Of a stretch of 64,000 nucleotides of DNA, positions 45,077 through 53,953 are shown piece after piece. Position numbers and translations under genes: made by a program. Origin of the DNA: Candidatus Omnitrophota bacterium (GTDB taxonomy: Bacteria; Omnitrophota; Gorgyraeia; JAHJTE01); contig JAHJTE010000003.1 of assembly GCA_018830005.1 (NCBI GenBank), positions 135,674 through 199,673 of the forward strand. The letters are read 5' to 3'. Each line of letters starts with the position of its first letter. Position 1 is the stretch's first letter. The notes under the pieces are model-generated. The model did not search any database. It was not told where the DNA came from and worked only from the letters and a program-made list of their open reading frames with translations.

Positions 45077-47893
45077 ATGTCTATTTCAGTTGAAACATTC
45101 AACTTCCTTTATTGCACCATTCTTTTCATTTTAATCGCATGGCATGGATTCTCAAAAAAATCCGTAACTATCGACCTTAGCGAATCTTCAATAAGAATTA
45201 TCCTAGCCTATATCGTAACGGGGCTTATAATGACAAGCTCGCTCATAACCATTGCCCATTCCACCTTCATTCTCAACATGCGAATACCCACGAATCACCG
45301 ACTGCTTCTAGCCGCGCTACCATGCCTCATATTAGTTACAACCCTGCTTGTCAGCTTAGTAAGGCTGTCAAAATATCTCAAAAAAATTATACGGACATCC
45401 AAAGATTACGAAGACGCAGAAATAGTTGAAAAAGCCAATGACCTATCCGATGCGATAGGCTTGCCAAAAGCACCAACCATCCTCTTTGCAAAAGAAAAAA
45501 ACCGAACACCCGAAGTCCAATCTTACCCGTTACTCAGGAAAAGCTTTGTGATATTCCCCTCTAACTTACGACAATACATCGAAAGGTTTATGACAAAAGA
45601 AACCGGGATAGAACCCACAGATGCAAATTGGAAAAAACACTATGAAACATTTCGCGATTTTATAATTCTTCACGAGCTATCACACATAAAAAACAAGGAC
45701 ACCAGCTACTGGACACACTCATCGTCGCTTATAACTCAAAGTATCCTCTGGTTTCTGGCGTCTGTGATACTCTCTGCTCACGTATATTTTGGCAAAATAA
45801 ATAAGTTTGGCATCTCACCCCTCACTTCTATATCAGGCATAGCATTACTCTTTTTGCTAACAGCATCATTTAGACGAACAAGGGAATACCTGTCTGACGC
45901 CTCAGCCATGCTCTACCTCTCTTATAGTAAAAGCAACTTGTTGTCCCAAAAAAAGCCGGGCACAAACAAAACGCTAATAGAAACTTTCCTGAATTGGCAC
46001 GAACACCAACCCGAAACAGTAAGCCCTTCCCGCGGACCCGGCTTTTCCTCACTAAACAGGCTGGCACACCCCTCACACAAGAAGCGCTCGGAAGCTATAA
46101 CCAAACAAGAGTATATATCACCCAAAATCCCATACCCGACCAACGAATCAATTATTTTCATAGCAATACTAAATGTCATATTAACATATGCCCTGCTTGA
46201 AGGCATTGGACAATTCTTCACTCATTTCATGCCATTAAAAAGTGTTATCGACGGCTGGGCGGGCTCAACAACCTATATGATAGCCTTCATTACACCACCC
46301 TTATTAAGCGCCATGTTCTTAACCCTCCCAATAAAGAACACCATAAGCCCACTAAATAACATGAATACGTACCTTAAACCAATCGTTGTTAAAACGCTGA
46401 TTTTCACTGCAATCTCAACACTCACATTTATATTTTTAGGAAACACTACAAGAGCAATGGCATCTATTGCTGAATCCCGAGGCCCATATTTCTTCTGGTT
46501 CCTGACATCTTTCAGCGCGCTGACAGTCATAGCTGCCACACTTCTTCTTACATTAATAATATCCTTAGTTAACGAAACAAATCCTGCATCAAAAAAACTT
46601 CTTAAAACGCTATTAGCAGTAACACCCATTGTAATCGCATTCATAGTGGCGCCACCCCTGCTGCTGGGATTTCTTTTCAAACCCAATTATTTCCTTGCAA
46701 TATTCTCATTCGTAATCGCATATGGCATATGGCTACGCATACCTCCCAAGAAAAATATCATCATATGGGATGACCGCTCTTTTTACCCAAAAATATTCAA
46801 CCGCTCGATATGCTGCGAAGCTAAAGGACACGGCATATTATCCAGGCTTCGCTTTGCCGCACTTATAGCCCTTTTCGACTTCAGCATCCCTCTACTTTTA
46901 TGCATACCAATATATTTATTCCTCAACACCATTCTAGACAGCAACACACTCGAATTCACGAGAAACCTAATTAGCGCATCAAGATCATCAGAGCTGTACT
47001 CTTCCAAACAATTTATTATTCTCGCAGTTTTCTTCATAGGTGCTTTTTGGACGCTGTATGCCCGGGAAAAAGACCACATTCCATCCAAGATAGTTAACTG
47101 CTCTGAAATGATAGGCATATCCGAACTCGTCCAACACAAAGATTTCTCAAGAATCTATAAAACAATTCTTGCCAAGACCAAAAACCACTTGGAAAAAAAT
47201 AAATTCGTTGAATTCCCAAACAGCAACTTAGAAACCGCATATATCGCGTTTTGCGCAACAAACATCATCAAGCATGACACACATGAAACATCCCTAATAA
47301 AAGAACAAACGACACATTTCCTGACCTCACTTTACAACAACAAAGGAGGCTTTGGCGCAGCAAAAGGCGGGGAGCCCAGGCTAAGGGAAACATACTACGC
47401 GGTAGAAATAATCAGCGTGCTCCAGACCCTGAAAAGCATCGACAAGGACAAAATATCAGAATGGATAATATCATGCCAGAATATTAATGACGGCAATTTT
47501 GTCACACCGTACTTCGGCCAGCCAAGCATAGAAGAAACATTCTACGCGATTAACACTCTAAACCGTCTTTCATCCCACATCCCAAACTATGAAAAATGCA
47601 AACAATGGCTCCTGACAACATGGCGGAAAAAAGCCGACATCGAAAACACCTTCTACCTGACAAGCGCTCTCCCGCAACTTGAGCCCCAATACATCGAAGA
47701 AATCACAAAAAAATATCTTCACATAAACAATGACCGTTTTTTCCGATTCCGCTACGACAAGGACTTAAGAAAAATACGCATGCACCTGCATATAGCACGC
47801 CAGTGCTATGGGCTTAATTCAGACGAATTCAAGCAGTTAACCAAAAACACAGAAGAAGAAATTGAGAAAATAATAGCGTCGTCCCAATTTTAG
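45077..47893 (+). CDS. polytopic membrane protein: M48/M56-like HExxH peptidase + C-terminal prenyltransferase/terpene-cyclase-type repeats
   Basis: HELSHIKNKD in a membrane context. More than 12 TM. C-terminal repeats GGFGAAKGGEPRLRETYYAVEII and NDGNFVTPYFGQPSIEETFYAINTL. Confidence 0.45.
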   Translation: MSISVETFNFLYCTILFILIAWHGFSKKSVTIDLSESSIRIILAYIVTGLIMTSSLITIAHSTFILNMRIPTNHRLLLAALPCLILVTTLLVSLVRLSKYLKKIIRTSKDYEDAEIVEKANDLSDAIGLPKAPTILFAKEKNRTPEVQSYPLLRKSFVIFPSNLRQYIERFMTKETGIEPTDANWKKHYETFRDFIILHELSHIKNKDTSYWTHSSSLITQSILWFLASVILSAHVYFGKINKFGISPLTSISGIALLFLLTASFRRTREYLSDASAMLYLSYSKSNLLSQKKPGTNKTLIETFLNWHEHQPETVSPSRGPGFSSLNRLAHPSHKKRSEAITKQEYISPKIPYPTNESIIFIAILNVILTYALLEGIGQFFTHFMPLKSVIDGWAGSTTYMIAFITPPLLSAMFLTLPIKNTISPLNNMNTYLKPIVVKTLIFTAISTLTFIFLGNTTRAMASIAESRGPYFFWFLTSFSALTVIAATLLLTLIISLVNETNPASKKLLKTLLAVTPIVIAFIVAPPLLLGFLFKPNYFLAIFSFVIAYGIWLRIPPKKNIIIWDDRSFYPKIFNRSICCEAKGHGILSRLRFAALIALFDFSIPLLLCIPIYLFLNTILDSNTLEFTRNLISASRSSELYSSKQFIILAVFFIGAFWTLYAREKDHIPSKIVNCSEMIGISELVQHKDFSRIYKTILAKTKNHLEKNKFVEFPNSNLETAYIAFCATNIIKHDTHETSLIKEQTTHFLTSLYNNKGGFGAAKGGEPRLRETYYAVEIISVLQTLKSIDKDKISEWIISCQNINDGNFVTPYFGQPSIEETFYAINTLNRLSSHIPNYEKCKQWLLTTWRKKADIENTFYLTSALPQLEPQYIEEITKKYLHINNDRFFRFRYDKDLRKIRMHLHIARQCYGLNSDEFKQLTKNTEEEIEKIIASSQF

Positions 47894-47901
47894 CTGGTGA
47901 A

Positions 47902-48585
47902 TCACAAAAGCGACATTAAATCATTCCTCATAAGCTTGCAAACCTCTATAATCCTGTTAGTAAACCGCAAACGATTATCTTTCACGTAAACAGCTTCTAC
48001 AACAAGATCCTCTGCTGCAGCAATACCAGAAGCCCTAACATCATGCCTATCACACTGATACAAAGAAACTATCCGTTTCTTGTCATAACTGTTTACGGGC
48101 AACGATAAGTGCTCAACACTCTTACCCGCGATGTACTCACGTAAAGCTTTTACTCTAGAATCCCACCGCACTGCTTCATCTTTAGTCAAACGCACAATCC
48201 TTACTTCAAACAAATCAATATCCTTTAGTAATAACTTAATCGCGTCTTCCCCATTACCTTTCCTTATTAATACCGGAATGCGCCTATAAAGAACCACCAT
48301 CTCACCCCAAAGCTTCTTAAAAAGCTTTTTTTCAAAATACAAAGATTTACAACCAGGCTCAGGCTCGTTTTCAGCAAAATGAATATGCGGACTGAAATAG
48401 TGATTAAAATACCTGATAAGTCCTCTAATAAAACTCTCATATTTAAGCTCGAGCAGGAAATCCTTATTCTTGTAACTCCCATCCCACTCCTGAATAAGTA
48501 CCGCTAACTGCTTCTCAACCTTCTCTATAAGCCGCACTTCTTCCGGACTCAACTCGCGTCTCCTGCCAAACCATCCCATATTCAT
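47902..48585 (-). CDS. hypothetical protein
   Basis: 227 aa ORF. Confidence 0.3.
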   Translation of the reverse strand: MNMGWFGRRRELSPEEVRLIEKVEKQLAVLIQEWDGSYKNKDFLLELKYESFIRGLIRYFNHYFSPHIHFAENEPEPGCKSLYFEKKLFKKLWGEMVVLYRRIPVLIRKGNGEDAIKLLLKDIDLFEVRIVRLTKDEAVRWDSRVKALREYIAGKSVEHLSLPVNSYDKKRIVSLYQCDRHDVRASGIAAAEDLVVEAVYVKDNRLRFTNRIIEVCKLMRNDLMSLL

Positions 48586-48928
48586 AACTCCTATATTAAC
48601 AATATATATACTTATCTATCTGATCCCGTATTCCTACAAGTAGGCACACCCTTTGCTATTAGTCGTTCGGAAAGAACTATATTTTCCAAAGTTTCTGATA
48701 AATATTTCTCTCAAAAAAAGCACTTTTCTGGAAAATTTGGCTAATTCAACACGACTAAGGAGTAGAAAAATAAATGTGGAAATTGAAAAAAGTTTGGAAA
48801 ATCTTGCGGAATGATTCGACTATTAGGTGAAGAACAAAAAGTCAAGCTGAAAGGGGGTAAAAATTCTTGGAAAAAAGAGGGTGTTCGATACAACAAATAG
48901 TTGGAACGAAAAAAGAGGAGGTAAAAAT

Positions 48929-49222
48929 ATGTACTGTTCATTTTGCAACTCTTATTCTTGTAAGTGCGATGACGACAAGTTCAGCCCGCTAACCCCGAAT
49001 TATCTTTGGCCTGATAAACCAAAGAGTCACAAAAAAATCTTCGGTGAAACCTTTGATGACCCCGGAAGAAAGATTTTGCACGAGAAGAAACCAATAGAGC
49101 GTGAGCCAGTATTTCCTCCGAAGCCTGATTTGCATTACATGAGACCATTGCACAGACCTCTTGGGATAGATAGCATGCGGTGGCAGATGATGCCCACTCC
49201 CCCAGGGTTCATCAAATTCTAA
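48929..49222 (+). CDS. small Cys-containing hypothetical protein
   Basis: Start MYCSFCNSYSCKCDDD with SD agaggagg. Confidence 0.3.
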   Translation: MYCSFCNSYSCKCDDDKFSPLTPNYLWPDKPKSHKKIFGETFDDPGRKILHEKKPIEREPVFPPKPDLHYMRPLHRPLGIDSMRWQMMPTPPGFIKF

Positions 49223-49328
49223 ACGTAGGATCAACGAAGCATCCAGCAGAAGGAACTACCAATAACCGGTTAGCTAGGGGGGCGCAAGCAGCCCCCCCCA
49301 TTACTTTCTCAAGAAGGAAAAAGAAATC

Positions 49329-49709
49329 ATGAAGGTAATCAATTACACAAATATTAAAGCAGTAGAAAGAATTCTGCGCATCCTAGCAACTGGCGTGGAT
49401 ACCGCAGACCTCGTCGTTTACATCACGTTCCCCAACATCGAAGAGGAAAAATTTAACGGATTGTTCATTGATGATAAGCCGCCTACAATAAAAATATTTA
49501 TGCGCAAAAACAACAACGTCTACTACAAGCCTGCAAAACGCCTGATAGCGATAAGAAACTACTGCCAATTCATTGCATACATATTCCTGCACGAATTCTA
49601 CCATTACGCAGCAAGACTCAAAAACTTTCGCTATGCTAATGAACGCGAAGAAAACCTTGCAGACCAGTACGCCTACGACACACTCAAAAAAGCAGGACTC
49701 ACGCTATAA
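49329..49709 (+). CDS. small HExxH-motif protein (putative zinc metallopeptidase-like)
   Basis: FLHEFYHYAARL. Confidence 0.3.
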   Translation: MKVINYTNIKAVERILRILATGVDTADLVVYITFPNIEEEKFNGLFIDDKPPTIKIFMRKNNNVYYKPAKRLIAIRNYCQFIAYIFLHEFYHYAARLKNFRYANEREENLADQYAYDTLKKAGLTL

Positions 49710-49728
49710 AAACGGGAGAAGTAAGACT

Positions 49729-50148
49729 ATGGAAAAAAATAATGAGCTTGAAAAAATCATGCAGGAATCAATGGGACAGGATCTGAGCGAAAACACAATA
49801 AACACCATTCCTGTAGACGCTTATGTCCAGCAAAACTTCATTGGAAGCTCATTCAGAGACAAAGAAAAAACCGAAGCCGACGGCTCCAGCAACCGCACAC
49901 GAAACTTTTTCATAAAAAAATTTCACTGCGGATGCTACACCGGCACCATCAAGACCTACGGAAGATACTGCGACAACCCCGTGCCACCAGGCAGAAAAAC
50001 GTGGAAAGAACCCTACCACATCCTGTGCGTCAACTGCGCCAAAATCCTCGAATGCGAAGGGTGCGGAAAAACCGGCGACAGGATATGCTTTACCAAGCGC
50101 GGTCAGAAATGGTACTGCCTTGACTGCCTCAGAACGCTAAGACTATAA
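49729..50148 (+). CDS. Cys-rich zinc-binding protein
   Basis: CGCYTG...CVNCAKILECEGCG...CLDC. Confidence 0.3.
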   Translation: MEKNNELEKIMQESMGQDLSENTINTIPVDAYVQQNFIGSSFRDKEKTEADGSSNRTRNFFIKKFHCGCYTGTIKTYGRYCDNPVPPGRKTWKEPYHILCVNCAKILECEGCGKTGDRICFTKRGQKWYCLDCLRTLRL

Positions 50149-50165
50149 GAAAGGAGAAAAAAATT

Positions 50166-52289
50166 GTGAAGGTAAGCCCCAGATTCCAACAAGCGCGGAA
50201 CACAATAGAATTCTTCGGCCTGCAAAACAACGAGGTCATACTTCGCCTTTTCAAAACTTTTGCAAGAAACCAGCGCAACACCACAGCATACCATACGCTA
50301 ATGCGCGCAATCCACAACCACCCTTATGTAATGAACAAACAGATCAGCCAAAGCCCATTCGCCACGCCACCACCCCCCACAACACAGCAAGGCAAAATGC
50401 GCATCGGCTTAGACGAACACAACAGGCCATACCACCTTGAAATAAAAAATTTCACCAAACACCTCCTGATAACAGGAACAACAGGCTTTGGAAAAACATC
50501 ATTTTTCCAAAACACAATGACCTTCCTGCACAAAATGGGAACAAAGTTCTTGGCGATTGACATAAAGAAAGACACGCGCGAACTGCTCCACCGCATTCCA
50601 ATGCTCATCCTGCGCTTCAAAGAAAACACCAACTTCAAACTCAACCCCCTACAGCGACTGCCAGGCGTAAGCCAGATAGAACAGGACGACCTCTTTATCA
50701 GACTGCTCGCAGAAACCACATTCTTGGCTGAAGGCTCCACAAGCCTATTGCTTGACTCTCTCTGCGAACTACGAAACAAAAAAGGCGCCATAACCGTCTT
50801 TGACCTTTACCAATCAATCGAAGAAAAAGGAAAAAAATTCCGCACATTAAGACAGCTGGGATGGCGGGACAGCTGCCTCCGAAGCCTAAAAACACTAGTC
50901 CTATCATTCGGGCCAATGCTAGACTGCGCAGAAGGACTTCCCATCCACCGCATAATCCAAGAACACAACGTCGTAGCAGAGCTTGACTCGGCAGGCTCAT
51001 ACAAAAGCTTCTTCGGCACCCTCCTCCCAGCCTACTACCTGAAATGGAAAATCAGCAACAACATCAAAAGCCCGTTTCACGCAAACTTCTGCGACGAAGG
51101 AAACATGCTGCTAAGCAAAACCATAGAGTTCCACAGCGTCACAAAAAAGCTAAGCATCCTCACACTCATAGAGCTTGGCAGGGAATTCCAAGAATCATGG
51201 TTCATCTCAAGCCAAGAACCAAAAAAGCTGTCAGAAAGCGTGAAGTGCAACACAGCCACAAAAATCCTCCTTCCCCTGGAAGACGGGCCCAGCAGAAATT
51301 ACATGAGCGATACCGTAGGCATGACACAAACACAAACAATACACACAACCCTGTTCGTCACAGGACAGTCAGTCGTAAAACAAGAAGGACAAAAACCACA
51401 CAAAATAACCCTGGACCCCCCTCCTGAAAATGCCGGGCTCACAGAATTCAGCGACCAAGAAGCCGAACAAGAAAGCCAACCCATCATAAACCAGTACCCC
51501 ACAAAAATGAAAAAACAGACAATAACTATCGAGGAATTCAAGCCGGCACAAAAGTGCCCCAGATGCGGAACCGGAGAACTAATAATTAAAGAAGGAAAAT
51601 TTGGAAAATTCATAGCCTGCAATCAGTACCCAAACTGCAAACACACGGAGCAACTCAAAAACGAACAGCCACAAGAACTCACACAACAACAAAAAGAACT
51701 ATTATGGCACATCAAACTACACCCCGAACTTTCCAAAACACAACACTACAAAAGCCTCAATCTCTCAGCCGGAAAAGCAGACAACCTTATGAAAAAAATG
51801 CGTCACCTCGTAAGAGAAATCACCATTCCCACACAACAGCGCGGCAGACAACCAATCCTACTCGCGCTCACCAAACAGGCATGCCAACAGCTCGGCGTAG
51901 AACAGCCTCGCACCAGAGGAGCAGAAATAGAACACGACTTCCACGTAGCCCGCTACGTCGCACAGCTCAAAAAAGCGGGACACAAAGCAGAGCCGAACTT
52001 CAAGCTCAAAGATAAAGAAGCAGACATCGGCATAATGCTCCCCAACGGAGAAATAATCGCAGTAGAAATAAGCACGACAACAACGCCCGAATGGGAAATG
52101 CAACAAGCCATCAAAAACATCAAAGCAGGATTTGACAAAACAATAATCATAAACACCAACCCTGACAAATCTCAGGAGTTTAACATAAAAGCGCAGTTTC
52201 AGCTAAGCCCCGAACAAGAAAGCAAAATAACCATATCGCAGCTGATACCAGACATAACAGAACTGATACGAAAGGAGCAAGAAACGTGA
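50166..52289 (+). CDS. FtsK/HerA-superfamily ATPase fused to topoisomerase-type C4 zinc ribbon and C-terminal nuclease-like domain, paralog 2
   Basis: Walker A LITGTTGFGKTSF. CPRCGTGELIIKEGKFGKFIACNQYPNCKH zinc ribbon. C-terminal EIEHDFHV...DIGIML...AVEIST. GTG start with SD aaggag. Confidence 0.55.
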   Translation: MKVSPRFQQARNTIEFFGLQNNEVILRLFKTFARNQRNTTAYHTLMRAIHNHPYVMNKQISQSPFATPPPPTTQQGKMRIGLDEHNRPYHLEIKNFTKHLLITGTTGFGKTSFFQNTMTFLHKMGTKFLAIDIKKDTRELLHRIPMLILRFKENTNFKLNPLQRLPGVSQIEQDDLFIRLLAETTFLAEGSTSLLLDSLCELRNKKGAITVFDLYQSIEEKGKKFRTLRQLGWRDSCLRSLKTLVLSFGPMLDCAEGLPIHRIIQEHNVVAELDSAGSYKSFFGTLLPAYYLKWKISNNIKSPFHANFCDEGNMLLSKTIEFHSVTKKLSILTLIELGREFQESWFISSQEPKKLSESVKCNTATKILLPLEDGPSRNYMSDTVGMTQTQTIHTTLFVTGQSVVKQEGQKPHKITLDPPPENAGLTEFSDQEAEQESQPIINQYPTKMKKQTITIEEFKPAQKCPRCGTGELIIKEGKFGKFIACNQYPNCKHTEQLKNEQPQELTQQQKELLWHIKLHPELSKTQHYKSLNLSAGKADNLMKKMRHLVREITIPTQQRGRQPILLALTKQACQQLGVEQPRTRGAEIEHDFHVARYVAQLKKAGHKAEPNFKLKDKEADIGIMLPNGEIIAVEISTTTTPEWEMQQAIKNIKAGFDKTIIINTNPDKSQEFNIKAQFQLSPEQESKITISQLIPDITELIRKEQET

Positions 52290-52558
52290 TAGATGACAAA
52301 AAATTACAGGACGAGCTGCTCGAACTGCTGACAGAACAGCAAATACCAGAAGAACTCAGATCCCACCCGCCACCATATGACTGGAAAAGCCTTCTCCGTC
52401 CCCTGGGAAAATTTGTGCTGGTAATCATCGGTATCTGCGCAGCCCCTTTTGTGGCGTCAATCATCATAGCAATAGTAACGCTCTGCCCCGTCATAGTTCC
52501 AATCTGGATACTGATGTACATTGCACAACAAAAAACCAATCCCACCAACAGGAGATAA
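52286..52558 (+). CDS. small membrane protein
   Basis: GTG start overlapping the previous stop (GTGA). 2 TM. Confidence 0.3.
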   Translation: MIDDKKLQDELLELLTEQQIPEELRSHPPPYDWKSLLRPLGKFVLVIIGICAAPFVASIIIAIVTLCPVIVPIWILMYIAQQKTNPTNRR

Positions 52559-52565
52559 AAAAATC

Positions 52566-53396
52566 ATGGAAGAAACTGAAGGAATGGAAAACATGGAAAC
52601 ACCTGAAGAAATGGAAGGCATTGAAGAAGCAGAAAACATCTCCCTTGATGCAACAAAAGAAGCTGACGAACTTATCGAACAGTCAATGCAGGAAGGCATC
52701 TCCGAATTCAGCGCGGACGCAACAAAAGATACCATAGCTAATATTATGCACGAAGAAGGAATTCCGGAAGAAAAAATTGAAGCACTAACAGAAAAAGGAC
52801 ACGAGCTGCTCAGCAAAGAACCAGCAAAACACGAGGTCTCTGAAGAAAAAGAAATACAAGGACTAAAACAAACCTCTGGCCGTGAAGGATCGCCAAAGCC
52901 ATACAACTATCCATCAGAACCCGGGAAAAAAGCTCAGCACAACATTCCTTATCCTTTTGGCAAGAACACAGAAGAAATCAGCCAAAGAGAACGGCTTGAA
53001 GCCATGAAAGAAGGGCTTGAAGAATTCCTAGAAACACCCCACAAGACACCACATCAGGAAGAAGCGGTAATTGAAAAACTGGAAGAAATACAACAGCAAC
53101 TAAGCGGGCTGCCACCAGACCCGCCAGAACCAGAAGAGCCAGAAATTGAAGACGTAACAGACAAACAAGCACAAGCTGAAGGATGGCAAGACGCAAGAGA
53201 AAGAAAAACATGGCTGGACGGCACAGAAAGCGTAAAACAAATACCTAAAAACGTATACAAACCCGCCAAGCTCAATACCATCAAAGGCATGTACAGCCAA
53301 GGCTTAGAAAACAAAGGTAAAGTGGGATATGACGGATTCGGAGAACTAATGGACGACCTAGACGACACAATAAATGACATGGGAACAATGTTCTAA
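52566..53396 (+). CDS. highly acidic Glu-rich protein (candidate DNA mimic)
   Basis: MEETEGMENMETPEEMEGIEE... SD aggag. Confidence 0.35.
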   Translation: MEETEGMENMETPEEMEGIEEAENISLDATKEADELIEQSMQEGISEFSADATKDTIANIMHEEGIPEEKIEALTEKGHELLSKEPAKHEVSEEKEIQGLKQTSGREGSPKPYNYPSEPGKKAQHNIPYPFGKNTEEISQRERLEAMKEGLEEFLETPHKTPHQEEAVIEKLEEIQQQLSGLPPDPPEPEEPEIEDVTDKQAQAEGWQDARERKTWLDGTESVKQIPKNVYKPAKLNTIKGMYSQGLENKGKVGYDGFGELMDDLDDTINDMGTMF

Positions 53397-53430
53397 TAAT
53401 TTTCAACACTTAAACAATAAGGAGGACGTT

Positions 53431-53685
53431 ATGGCAAAACCACAAAAGCTGACAGAAGCAGAACAAGAACTGGTAGTATTTCTTGCAAATTGTCCCGAAC
53501 CTGAGTCTATACACGGCATAGCCGACATTTACCACCTATCGACAGAACAAACGTTAAACATGCTTGCAAGATTAAGTAAGAGTTTGCGGATTTACAGAAA
53601 TAAAAAGCTCGAAATCAGTCTTGCAATTGACCCTGACGCAATCACGAATCAAGAAAACGAAATACCAACAGACGAAACTCTATAA
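53431..53685 (+). CDS. small hypothetical protein
   Basis: SD aaggagg. Confidence 0.3.
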   Translation: MAKPQKLTEAEQELVVFLANCPEPESIHGIADIYHLSTEQTLNMLARLSKSLRIYRNKKLEISLAIDPDAITNQENEIPTDETL

Positions 53686-53714
53686 ATCCAAAACCGAAAA
53701 AAGGGGCCGGAACA

Positions 53715-53900
53715 GTGAAGAAAGCAGTAAGCAAAAAATGCAGAAGCAGAAAAATGAAGCTTCACAGCTTCACGTGGGAACTTCTGCCTCCCGGCACCCT
53801 CAAACGAGATAAATCAAAACACCAAAAGCCCGAAGAACGATGGAACGAAATACAAGCCATAGGCAGCCAGATAATAGCCGAAAGCAAAGAAACTAATTGA
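53715..53900 (+). CDS. small basic hypothetical protein
   Basis: ORF. Confidence 0.25.
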   Translation: MKKAVSKKCRSRKMKLHSFTWELLPPGTLKRDKSKHQKPEERWNEIQAIGSQIIAESKETN

Positions 53901-53953
53901 CAAAATGTCTTATTTGGACTACCATATGATACAGTTAATAACAGGAAAGAATT

